A stretch of DNA of 63,698 nt, filler included. It is 3 parts of 3 records of this genome, joined end to end, with 100 filler letters (N's around TTAATTAATTAA, not from the genome) between each part and the next. Parts side by side here need not be neighbours in the genome. Positions count along the whole stretch, not along the records: positions 1 to 19,579 come from SRR20825019_585; positions 19,680 to 38,740 come from SRR20825019_596; 1 more part is not named here. One strand, given 5' to 3'. Each line of letters starts with the position of its first letter. Position 1 is the first letter of the stretch. The position numbers were made by a program, and so were the translations under genes. Below are positions 10,338 through 22,666 of this stretch, one piece after another. Below the pieces are notes generated by a model. It saw only the letters and a program-made list of their open reading frames with translations. It did not search any database and was not told the origin of the DNA.

Positions 10338-13300
10338 ATGAGGCAGAGTGACAAGAAATTCTTTTTTTTAGTTTTGCTGCTACACTTCGTAGCAACTGTG
10401 AAATGCGCCGCACCAGTTGCTACGGCGGCAACATCATGTGGCCAGAGTCTGGAGCAAAGAATGATCCAATTGGCGGGCACAGACGCAGATGGAGATAGCC
10501 TGACAGCTAAGATTACTTCGCTCCCAGCTACTGGCACCCTGTATCAAACAGATGGAGTGGAAAAGGGAGACGCTATTACTGCTGTTACCACGACGGTTGT
10601 GAACTCAGGTAGGAGAAGTGTTACGTTTCTCTGATCGTTTTAACGTTTCAACAGATCTGCTTGTTCTGTACGTTCCGACCGCAATAAGTGGTTCAGTAAC
10701 ATTCAACTTTGTTGTGAACGATGGAACGTCGGATTCTGCTGCTGCGGTTGTGACAGTGAACCTTGAATGCCCAGAGCTGGCACATGATAGTACTGTCTTC
10801 TTCAAGCAGAATGCCAATACAACTCATCAACTTCTACTGGAGAACAGCTACTCGAATGCCGCTGCGGTGACCTCCATTCCCGATGGTGATATTGCTGACG
10901 TGTATCAGACTAGTGATGGGCAACTGTTGGGAGATAATCTCCGTGGTCACGCGCTGCAGTTTAACAATCGAGAAGCAAACATTACTTTGGAACAGAGTGC
11001 GTCCCAAAATCTTGATGCGTCGTTTACGATTGAGTTGTGGCTATACATCAACACAACTATGGCAGATCTTCCTTGGGGATACACATGCCTGTACGCTCAA
11101 AACTACACTATCCTGTCAAAGCCAGCTGTTTATCCCGATCATTTCCATAAGGCCAACGAGAGCAGAATTTTCCTCGAAGTCACGGATAGTTGCAGAGTTC
11201 ATTTCGGATTCCTTCACGATTCCCACTCTCCACAAAACTTCACGACTCTATCTCCTGATATAACTCAACAGAAGTTGCTTGTTCCAAAGGAGTGGCATCA
11301 CATCGCAGTTGTTCTTGATTCAGCCGCCAGTCAAATGAAGTCATATGTCAATGGGTCTCTCGATTCAGTATCGGATGGAATAGGGACTACGCCTGATATG
11401 AGTGTACCCGATGGTGGGTACCTAGAGGGATTCTCGATTGGCAACAAGGACTTGCTCAATTTTGATGGCGCAATTGATGAGCTTCGCATCTGGAATGCTG
11501 CAAGAACAAGTGACCAGATATCAGGAAACTATACTGCGTCTTTCAAAGAGCTTGGTCCTCTCGATAACTTGGTTGCATGTTTGCCATTTGATGACGAATC
11601 AACATCCTTTCCTAACGATTGGTCGGGTAACGCTAATCATGCTCGATTGAAAGTTATAGATACTGATGTACGCAGCGTTTGCTCCTCAAAGACCACCTGC
11701 ACCGTTAAAACATCATGCTTTTCAACGGCTTTGAGCGGATGCGAGGATATCAAAACATGCAACACAACTTCCGAATGTGTACCTGTGTCAGTGTCGTCTG
11801 GTATTGGAGACTTGAATGCCTACTTTTTTGAGTCCAGCGCTCCGATAGCTCAGTTCCCGGGCGGGCGTAACGTTGAAAACTCTGATGGAAAGGTTATTTT
11901 TATTCCCAAGATTGGCTGTCCTAGTATACAAAACATTACCTTTGTTGCTCGTGCCGGGTCTACAAATCCTTGCCCCACAGCTATGACTACTCATACTCAT
12001 GTGTTCAAAATGATTAACGTTTTTAACGAAATTGAAAGCATGTACGAGGATTCTACACAATCTTTCTCCTTGACTCAAGTCCTTGGAACATGTAGCCATG
12101 ATACAAACAGTATGTTTCTTTGGTCAACTCCTCATGATGGCTCAACGTTTCAGTATGATGGCACTACGTCCATAAGCGAACCTAGTTCTCTGACGGACAG
12201 TACTTCTACGAACAGAATTGTGTACACTCCACCCCCAGTCGTGTCCGGGAACCCATATGAGCTAGTCGGAGTCACGGTGACAGATGGTTACGGCTATGGA
12301 GGCGAAGCTGTATTTAGTATTGTTGTCGATAATGTGAATGATGTTCCTGTAGCAACCAACCAGACTGTGGATGTTATTGAGGATGAATATGTCGTGATAA
12401 CACTCAGCGGGACGGATGATGATTATCCACTTATTGATACTCACACAGCGTATATTCAATCGTTGCCCGAACAGGGATTCCTTTACCAACTCGAACAAGA
12501 TCAAGGGATCATTATGGACAGTGCATCAGGACTACGCAGAGGGTTGGCAATACTTACCGTCCCCACGAAGCTGACAGATGCAAATCAAGTGATCTATATT
12601 CCCAATTATGATATTCGTGGCACTGCCGTGGATAGCTTCTTATTTTCGATATATGACGGATGGGTTCATTCTGATAACGGCGCTGTGACTCTTGATGTTA
12701 CTCCGATGATCGACATTGTACAGCCAGAAACGCAAACCCTTCGATTCTATGGTATCAGTGTTACTGACGTGGATTCTCGGACGGACTATTTGAATGTGTC
12801 AATTACCTCCACTTATGGAATTTTATCCACATTAGAGGTTCCTTCCGGCCTTTTAACTTACGAGAAAGTTGGAGAGAACAACTTCGGAAATACACTGAAG
12901 TTCTCGGGTCCAAGTACTGTCCTGAACGAAGCCTTGGGACAATTGACTTACTCCAAGAATACGACATATACATCATACGACACGTTGACGTTTTCAGTTG
13001 ATGATAATGGTTTCAATGGCGAGGGGTCCGCAGGGAGTGATACCCTCACAGTTAGTGTTCTGATGGATGCTATTGTTATTCCTCATGTAGATCGAATTAT
13101 TCCAGCACACGGAGCAATGGTGGGTAATACCCTGGTTACTGCTGTTGGAAAATACTTTGTCAATGGAACCAACTATTGTAACTTTGGAGTCAATTCAACG
13201 GAGGCTACATTTGTGAACGAGAAGCGAATGATCTGTCGCTCACCGTCTCTGGTAGATCCAACTGTTGCAAACGTAACGGGCCAATTCGCTGTTTCATTCG

Positions 13301-16300
13301 ATGTTACGAGTAATCTTATCAAGTCACAAGATACGCTAAGGTTCATATATCGAAATGTTCCCATAGTCACAAGTGTGTATCCTGAAGTAGGATCTGCGGC
13401 TGGCGGTACTCTTGTCACTATCGCAGCCACCAATTTGTTTGAAAACGATCAAAGCGAATTGGTTTGTAAGTTCGGAACGAATCGCCCAACGCAAGCTACT
13501 TTTATATATAGTGACATCATTCATTGCCGCACTCCCGAGGAGCCCTCCGAAGTTGATTCAACAAATCAACGGAAGTGGTCTTCAGTAGAAGTTTCTTTTA
13601 ACAATCGTGATTTCTCCGTGTCAAACGCAACATGGGTTTGGTCCTCTCCTCTTCGAGTGACTCAAATATATCCCTCATTTGGGGGCCAGCGTGGCCATTC
13701 AATTGTGACAATAGACGGCAATGGATTCTATTCTAATCCAAATATTCTACGTTGTCACTTTAATCACACATCTACGCTTACGGAGGCGACTCTGATATCG
13801 TCTACGCGAATGGTTTGCCCAAGCTCGCCAAGCACCCAAACAACATTATCATCGGTTTTTGTAACGCACAACAATGAGGATTTTTCGACGGAGTATCATC
13901 CTTTCGAATATATTCAGGACGATGAAGTGACAGCTGTTGTCCCATTGAATGGATATAAGTTTGGTGGTACTATGGTCACTGTAATGGGGTATGGTATGCA
14001 TAATACAACACATATTCAATGTCGGTTTACAGAGGCAGACTCAGCGCGTAGACAGCCCGCAACGTTTCTTTCATGGAGCTCTGTTCAATGCTTGACCGTT
14101 GGAGTTGAAATTGACCATTTGATTACAAGTGTTGAGGTGTCTCAAAACAATAATGATTTTACGACTGATTTGGTTGCGTACCATTATGATCTTCAGTACA
14201 ACGTAAGCAAGATCTTTCCTGAAATTGGAAGGCAGGGTGTCACTTCAGTAACTGTGTTTGGAGAGGGAATTCCACACTTGACGACTTTAAAGTGCAAGTT
14301 TGGAACGTACGAAGTTGGTGCTGACTTCGGGACATATGAAGTTGATGCAGAATATGTTCACACGGAGCAGGTTGCCATTTGCAAGCCACCGGAGTACATT
14401 GAAAGCGACCCACAAGCGCTTCAGGCGTTCCCATTCTACTTCTCCAGCAATGGATACGACTGGTTCCAGTCAGTCACTAGTGAAGGCCTCAATTTTTACT
14501 TGAACTATCCAAATGTAACTCGCATTGAGCCTGTGTCCGGTCCAGTCGAAGGCTACTCTCTTGTGACGGCATATGGCTATGGGTTTCATGATCATACGCA
14601 TTTGCACTGTTCCTTCAACGGTAGTGAACTTATCTACACACCTGGAACTTATATCAGCATAACTGAAATCAGGTGCTTATCTCCAACTGCTGATGACCCA
14701 ACTACAGTCGATTTTCAATTGATCAACAACAACAGAGATGCCACATTTTCTAATTTGCTTTTCGAATATAAGATGCGGGAGCATATTACGTACATACTGC
14801 CCAGAAATGGAGCAACAGTGGGATCCACACTTACAACTCTGTACGGAAATTACTTTGCTAATGATACAAGGATTCATTGTAGATTTGGCTCTTTTGGAAG
14901 ATATAATGCAACGTTTGTCTCGTCCACGGAGGTGCTGTGTTTTTCACGACCTGCACTGGCCGATGGTGATATTGTTTCAGTAGAAGTGAGCCACAATAAC
15001 CTCGATTTCACATCTGATACTCATCAGTTCCGGTATTACGACATGCCCAATGCAACATACATACATCCGAAGTTTGGACCTGCAAATGGAGGCGCCTTGA
15101 TTACTGTCCGGGGCAGTAAATTCCAGCCTACGGATGAATTGTATTGCAAGTTTGGAACGCAGCCTATAACATCCGAAGCTACGTATGTGTCTCCGATAGA
15201 AATCCTTTGTAGGTCTCAACCTCTTCTCCCCATTACGGCCGCTCCTACTACTCCCGTGAATTTGGAAGTCTCAAATAATAATGTTGACTTCACAAGTGAT
15301 GAGAACAGCTTCTGGTTCCAGAACAACGTAACTGTAAGTCTGGTGTCTCCAAATTCAGGAACTTGGTACGGAGGAGAGATGATCGATGTGTACGGATCCA
15401 TGTTCTCGAAGAGATCGGACGACTTCTCCTATCTTTTCTGCCGATTCGGTGATACTGCTGCATTGTCTAGCGAGGCGGAGCTGGCTCATGCCACATGGGT
15501 ATCAGATACTCATGTCAAGTGCCTGACATCCCGATACAACTCTACTGAGGGTGGTCGGGTTAGGGTCATGGTTTCTAACAGCATTGACGCCTTCGATTTT
15601 CAACACGATTGGGCACCTATTCCTGAAGTTTCGTTCTTCTACCGGAACTACACAACATTGACTTACCTATCTCCTCGACATGGGCCCGAGGGAGGTCATA
15701 ACATGGTCACAGTGGACGGATATAATATGGTGCAGACCACAAATCTCAAGTGCAAATTCAACGATGTATATACTGTTGCCACGTATGTTTCGTCAACCCG
15801 TGTGAGGTGTGTGACGCCGGAGTTGACGCAAATCACCCATAATGACATGCGCAACATTACTCTTATGCTGACTCCGCGTGAATACGAAGATTATAGCGTC
15901 ACCTTGAAGAACCTTGTTTACACCTTCGACGAACAGATCAACGTCACGAACATTTACCCAATATCAGGAACTTATCTAGGAAACACAAGTATCACCCTAC
16001 AAGGATTGAATTTCCTTGACACTCATGATATTGTGTGCAATATTCGCACTGGTGTCAATCAAACTGCCGTCCCTGCCACATATCTGAACGAGAAAACGGT
16101 GAAATGTGAATCGATTGTCGGTTATGTTGGTGAGATTACTGCCATTGAGTACTCAAGCAATGGCCAAGATTTCACAAGCGACAACAACTACTTCACGTAT
16201 ATTGCCAACCCGGTTCTGTCTTCTGTGTTCCCCGCACAAGGGCCTGTTGATGGTGGTGCCAATGTAACTGTCTCTGGTCTAGATTTTGCAGATACTGGAG

Positions 16301-19300
16301 ATATCAAATGTGCATTTGATTCTGTGTCCACAACCGGGTCGTTTTTGTCAATCACCGAGGTTGTCTGCCCAGGTCCATCGAAATCTCAGACATCTTCAAC
16401 TCCTCTTGTAAAACTGTCATTTAACGGAGGAAATGACTTCACAAGCGAGGTAATTTACTACGGGTTCAAGGAAAAAGTGTCCGTATCTAGACTCGAGCCT
16501 TCATACGGGCCAGTGAGTGGGGGATCAAATGTTACTGTCTACGGAGAAAATTTCTTCACTGGATCCAATGCTACATTTGAATGCCAGTTTGGTGCTGAGA
16601 TTCCATATGTTGAGGCTATATATAACTCTACAACATCTATCATGTGTTGGTCGCCGAAAGCCTCTGTTGGTGGCGCCCATGTCACTGATATGGAAGTACG
16701 GGTACTCGAGTATGGAGCCCTCGCCTACACCACTGCAGATGGAGTGCAATACACTTATAAGGATGACCCAATAGTGACGGAAGTGTATCCTGGGTATGGT
16801 TTTGAATTTGGATATAACCTTATTACTGTGCATGGATCTGGATTCTTTGAGACAAGTTTCCTAGCCTGTCGATTTGGATTGAACGATACATTGAGAACAT
16901 CGGCAACATATATGACCAGTACAAGCGCCTTATGTTATACTCCTCCGGTTGACTACAATCAGACTCTCTCGGTCGAGATGTCGAACAACTACCACGACTT
17001 CTCTTCTGGTGGTGTCGGATATGTTTTCACCAACACGTCGTTGATTTATGATATTGAACCTCCGAGAGGTCCAGCCAGAGGAGACACCTTGGTGCTATTG
17101 AGTGGGAGAAATTTTGTTCAAAACACTACTCTCAACAGCATTCGATGCAAGTTCGGAACAAGAATTGTACAAGCAACCTACAAGTCTAGTTTTCAGGCAC
17201 TTTGCCGGTCCCCAAGCAGTGCAGGACGAGTTGAAGGAAATGTCTACTTGGAATACTCGGTGAATGGTGATCAATTCACCTCCACGAATGCTATCTTTGA
17301 GTATCAGCATGATGCAGAGGTGACCTTTGTAGAGCCTTACTGTGGATCACTGCATGGGGGTACACTGTTATCAGTCTATGGCGTTGCTTTTGCCAACGAA
17401 ACAGAGCTGTCCTTCGAGTTTGGAGGCACCATTCACGATGCTTTGACTTTGGTTACTTCAACGAAAGCGTTGGTTTTGTCCCCACCACACGGCACGGCAG
17501 GTTTCCAGCCTCTCGAAGTAGCTACAAACGGCATCGACTACACATCAGATGGTCTGTACTACCGGTACCACGATAATCTTGCCGTGTCCAGTATTTCACC
17601 GGTGGGTGGCTCAGAGACAGGGCTAACTGAAGTATATGTTTACGGGGATAATTTCATCGATACATCCCTGCTCCGGTGCAAGTTTGGTTCAAACGTGGTC
17701 AATGCTACCTGGGTTACGAAATCAGAGCTCCTATGTTTGTCACCGACTAATTCGAATTTAGGAAATGTCACTGTTGAGGTTAGCATGAATGAGGTAGATT
17801 TCACATCTGACAACACCCTATTCGAATATTATGGTAAGGAAAATATCCTCATTCCTGTGACCGACTCTAACACGACTATCAGGTTCCATTAGTATTACAA
17901 AGGTTGCTCCTAACAGGAGTCCCCTGAACGGATACATGGTGTCGACTATTCAAGGAGAGCGTTTCTATGAAAGATTCGCGCGAAGAGGGTATCTGCTGTG
18001 TCGTTTCGGAGTTCGGGAATCCATTGCAACATGGATCAGTGAAACGGAGATTCTGTGCCAAACAAAACCAAATAGTGCCTCTCCAGTTTCGTTGGAGGTT
18101 TCGTCTAATGCCCAGCAGTTTTCGGCGACTGGATCCTCGTTCTATTATGACACAATTCAAGTGACAAAGCAGCTGCCTATTAGTGGCCCAGTTGATGGAG
18201 GAACATTGGTCAATTTCCATGGAAGTAATTTCACTGATCAAGACGGAGTCTATGAGTTTACTTTTGGGTCTTCTACTGTGGTGGGAAGCTGGATCTCTTC
18301 TACTCAGATTGACTGTGTATCTCCTGCCATGGCCCAGGGCACCTATACCCTGATGGTGAATTTCAATGAGGGACCGCTTTACACAGGTGACTTCACCTTC
18401 CAGCCATTTAGACCCGAGGTAACAATTATCGATCCGGTAACTGGACCGCAACACGGAAATACTTCCATTAATCTATATGGGAGAAATTTCCAGGAGGATT
18501 ACTTTTATTGCATGTTTAAGAAGGGCACAAGCGAAACTCGAATCAAAGGAACAATGTTGACATCTACTCACGCGCGCTGCTTGTCACCAAGCCTACGCAC
18601 GATTAGAGGGTACATCTACGAAACTGTTTACCTTGAAGCTAGCATCAACAACAGGGACTACACCACAGGGTTGCACACTTTCGAGTTCCAGTCACTTGCA
18701 ATTATGACGGAGATTATTCCTAAGATGGGACCGGTTTCAGGAGGCTCGATTGTCACACTATTGGGCGAAAACTTTTCGAAGAGGTCTGCTACTCTGAAGT
18801 ACCAGTTCTGCCGATTTGACAAGGACCTAAGTGCTGTAACCCCTACAACATTTGTGACTTCAACGGAGGTAATATGCCTATCACCGCCAAGATCTCAAGG
18901 ATCAGTTCTAGTTGATATGACCAACAACAAGTATGACTATTCTAGTGATATTGATCAAGTCGATTACAGTCCTGGTGTTCTCTCTCGAAGCAAGAGTCTG
19001 TACTTCCAATATCACGAGTTGAATATTACGAATGTTTTCCCAGCGAACGGTCCCGAGTTTGGTGGAACCATGGTTACCATGTTTGGACACAACTATATCG
19101 GGACTGAAGGGATTATTCGCTGCCAGTTTGGAACAAACCCAGATCGCACGGTGGCTACCCTAGTCTCTGAAACCCAGATTGAGTGCTTAACACAACCGCA
19201 TGATCGTGGAACCTATGCAGTTGTTCTTTCAAACAATGATGCAGTATACCGTGACCATTGGACGTTTACATTTGATCCGATGGCAAGTGTCACAGCACTT

Positions 19301-19579
19301 TATCCGAGTATGGGACTCGATATTGGCGGCACTGTTGTCGAAGTTTTCGGAACAGGTTTTCTACATCAAACTACTCTTCAGTGCAGATTTGGAAGCTTAG
19401 GAGATGTTGTTTTCGCAACCTATCAATCGAGCTCGTCCGTATTGTGTAAGTCAGTTCCGCACGCGCAAGATCGAATTTGGGTGGAAGTAGCCAATAATAT
19501 GCAGGATTTCACAAGTAGCGAAATAATATATCATTACGAAACCGCAAACGTGACTACGGTGATGCCAAGACGAGGACCC
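10338..19579 (+). CDS. Giant secreted/surface protein: signal peptide, cadherin/Big-like modules, LamG domain, >=23 IPT/TIG repeats (truncated by contig end)
   Basis: MRQSDKKFFFLVLLLHFVATVKC signal; LamG motifs FTIELW, WHHIAVV, FDGAIDELRIWN; repeated V..v.P..G...GGT.V...G..F......C.FG...VEVS.N..DF units. Introns at 10609-10654 and 17834-17882 restore the frame. Confidence 0.85.
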
Positions 19580-19679
19580 NNNNNNNNNNNNNNNNNNNNN
19601 NNNNNNNNNNNNNNNNNNNNNNNTTAATTAATTAANNNNNNNNNNNNNNNNNNNNNNNNNNNNNNNNNNNNNNNNNNNN
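19580..19679. other. Artificial contig spacer N44-TTAATTAATTAA-N44
   Basis: 100-nt linker with a six-frame stop core at 19624-19635; an identical copy is at 38741-38840. Confidence 0.97.
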
Positions 19680-20628
19680 GTGTGGCTGCTGCAGCTGCTT
19701 GATTACTACGTATGTCTCCACCTCCTTTATAGGTTCACTATGTATGTCTCTACCTTCTTTGTAGATGTAGGAAAGATGCGGAAATAAATACTCGTGAATC
19801 ACTATCCTTGAATTGTCTTCTCGGAATGAACATGCAATCGATCACTGATGAAGAAAGAATTCATATGGGGTTGTTGATTTGAGGTTGTTCATGAGTATTC
19901 ACAACAACCCTTTCCACATATATCCTTCAACAACTATTCCTGTGCACTCGTTTGCACAGGAACCCCATTCCCCCCTCACTCAGGTCCATGCCTTTCCCCT
20001 CCTCAATTGGTTGTGAATTCATCTAACCCTTGCATGCAATGATCAACAGTTAACCCTACCCATACTCTTTGAAGCACTATCAATGCAGACCAAGCCACAA
20101 GTCTGTTCAAGTCGAAGCATAAATCATTAATAAGTCGCCAAAGGACAGATACCAAACTGTCCCGGCAAGCTATTGGACTGGCACTTTTTTTCCAAGACGA
20201 GCACTGATATTAACAAAAGGGCAACAAACGTGCAGGGTGTGTTGTAGCAAGTGTGCCGTGTTTCTCGCTGGATCATCGATTTGCACTGCCCCGCCGAAAC
20301 TTATCCTTGTTAGTCAAGTTGATAGAATTCGTATCACTCACGGCGACCAAGAGAAGTGCAACACAATCCGACCCCACCACTGTAAGAGTGTGGATTGTAA
20401 GTAAAAAGGGATTCTAAGCACATTTTTTTTCATTGTAATCGAATCTCTTACATAATTTATCCACTGTATCTATAATTAGAAACTTTTCTCCAAACACTTA
20501 AGACTACACAGAGTTTACGAGGGACCAGTTTACTGTAACCATGGAGCGAGGACACGACATGAGCATCATTTGTTTTGTTGATGTTCTCCATGTCGGAAAA
20601 ACGTTGCAGGCAAACGTACTTAAAGAAA

Positions 20629-21698
20629 TCATGCGGCGCTTCGAACTGTCATGTTTGTAGCTCGACGCATGGCTTCTGCGAGTCTCTGTTTTCGGGAAAC
20701 AGATACGAAAGTGCCAGGGCTAGGGTTATCATTGTAATCAGAAGACTTGGAATCTTCAACTACAGAAGTTGCAGCATTTTCCTCTGCCAGCAACCTTTGC
20801 TTCCACTCGTTGAAGTCACCCCCACGCGACTTTTGCTTCTTTGCGGGTTCAACGGGTATACTCATGCTTGGCTGATGCTTCCCTTCATCAATTACGAATT
20901 CGGCAGCTTTCCTCTTCGTCGAGCTACTACGAATACTCTTGCCATCTTTCATAGCATCTTCCCGAGTTTCGGGCTCTTTCAAAACATCACAACAAAGCTC
21001 CTGAATCGACTCGAGAACACGCTGCAGCTCGGTGTCCTTAGTCCCGGCAATTCTGAGAAGCGTTGTTTTGTTAATCTTCCCTCGCTGGCGCTTAACCACA
21101 GTGAAGAATACTGCGGCAATATATACTGGTCGGGAAAAGTCGGCCTGGTCCCTCATGTCTTCTGGAATCGTAGCCAAGAGCCTTTTCTTGTACCTGCACG
21201 AAACGAATGAGTACTCCAGCAAAAGGAGTTGCACCGTCCCTTACAAGTTCATGAGCTTGTTCGTGTTTTCCACAGCCTTGACGCAGCCAAAGTGCACTGC
21301 CAACTCCTCAGCACTGAGGCCCTTTCTAAATAACAATAAGAAAAAGGTTATTCAGTTCATGGTATATGGTCTTACTTGAGGTTCAAGACACTCCGAATAC
21401 GCTGCCGCGTGTCCTGAAACACTTTCCGAGATACCCCAGCACACAACCTTAAGGCGGATGTAGTGCTGAAAGACTCGCTGAGCCTGACAAGGAATACTTC
21501 AGCACCACGTGATTCCAGCTAGACAATCACCTACTCGTTGCAAGCAATCTCCAAACATACGGCGGGAATACATACGGTTCCCACCCCGCAACCCGCTGGA
21601 AGCCTGACTGAGACCTTACGGACAAGCTCTTGAGCAGCCTGAGTCAACGCGCGTGACCTACACGTTGTGCATTTCTCTTGCAGGAGCGGAATCTCCAT
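20629..21698 (-). CDS. ORC6: Origin recognition complex subunit 6 (plant-like), 4 exons
   Basis: Spliced product MEIPLL...GVGTVCIPAVCLEIAC...EELAVHFGCVK...YKKRLLATIP...ADFSRPVYIAAVF...LCCD matches plant ORC6 motifs (CLEIAA, ELAVQFGC, ADFTRPVF). First intron 21484-21534 is GT-AG. Confidence 0.85.
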
Positions 21699-22051
21699 GA
21701 AGCCTTGTTCACTATCACTGGTTTACAATAATGAAAGGAATATTTTATATCTAGGGCACCTGTGGTGACGTCGACAGGTTATCGGGATAAGGGACCATGT
21801 CGCACGCGGCGGCCAGGCCATTAGAGCGTGGGCGTGGTCGCACAGGTTGGGCTTTTCCCGATAGAGCGAGGCGACGTGGCTTGGCTCCGGCGTCCCGTGG
21901 CCGGCAGGCCCGGCTTTTGCGGCAGTAAACGAGCGCTCCCTCAGCGCGAGTTGGCGCCGCGCATTATGGCCGGCTCACGACCATCATTCATCACTCGCAC
22001 CGCTCACGATGATGCGGGGGCGGGCCGGGGGGACAGCGGCCTGCTTGCCGA

Positions 22052-22095
22052 TTTGGCGGGAAGAGCCGGCACGAGACAGCAGAATTGGCGCCAAA
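22052..22095. promoter_or_regulatory. Two E2F sites (TTTGGCGGGAA 22052-22062; TTGGCGCCAAA 22085-22095) upstream of ORC6
   Basis: Match the TTTSSCGC/TTCCCGCC consensus, 350-400 bp upstream of the start codon of a DNA-replication licensing gene. Confidence 0.6.
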
Positions 22096-22666
22096 GATGA
22101 TGGTTTCGGTGAGGAGATCAAAGGCTCCTGACTGATGTTAATCAATTGATACTTATTTTGTCAATACGAAGATATCAGAAGGTGAATTCAAATGAGTACA
22201 ATGATGAATCAGCTACCCGAGAAACTACAGCACTCCCGAGCCTCGGCTGGCCGGGGGGGCCAGTCGCCGGCACGTCGGAGTCGGCCTCAGCCGCCCCGCT
22301 GATGTGGGGCCGCTGGCCGGCGGCGGGTCTCAGTGCATCGGCAGATGCGCCGACAGTGGCCGCCCCGCCGGGCAGGGGCACCCCCGGAGGAGGCCCGGAG
22401 CGCCGGCCGGCCGACCGGCGAGTGACTCATCACTGAGCGGCCGCGCCGCCGCCGGTGGTGGGAGCCCCTGGATTCGGCGATGGGGCCAACTGAACGGTGC
22501 TCCCCAGCGACACTGCCGCGCAGCGCTGGTAAGGCCCTAACCCTTACCACTCATTTTGTGGCCAAAGTTGGAGTCCCACTAACTTGAAAGGTCACTGAAT
22601 AAAGACACGATCTCTGTCCTTACTAACTGCTGCCTGATATCTTTATCACGTCATGAACATAGAATC

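Noticed and set aside
14298-14350. Short internal duplication FGTYEVGADFGTYEVDAE in the IPT protein
   Set aside because: A single diverged 9-codon duplication; not an array or CRISPR-like repeat.
19624-19635. TTAATTAATTAA palindrome as a biological site (e.g. piggyBac TTAA target)
   Set aside because: It is embedded in symmetric N44 runs and repeated identically at 38785-38796: a synthetic six-frame-stop linker.
19680-20570. Possible small spliced gene(s) after the first spacer
   Set aside because: Splice-like signals are present, but no consistent reading frame or recognisable product could be built.
22536-22547. CCCTAACCCTTA telomere/telobox-like motif
   Set aside because: Only two imperfect units; could be chance.
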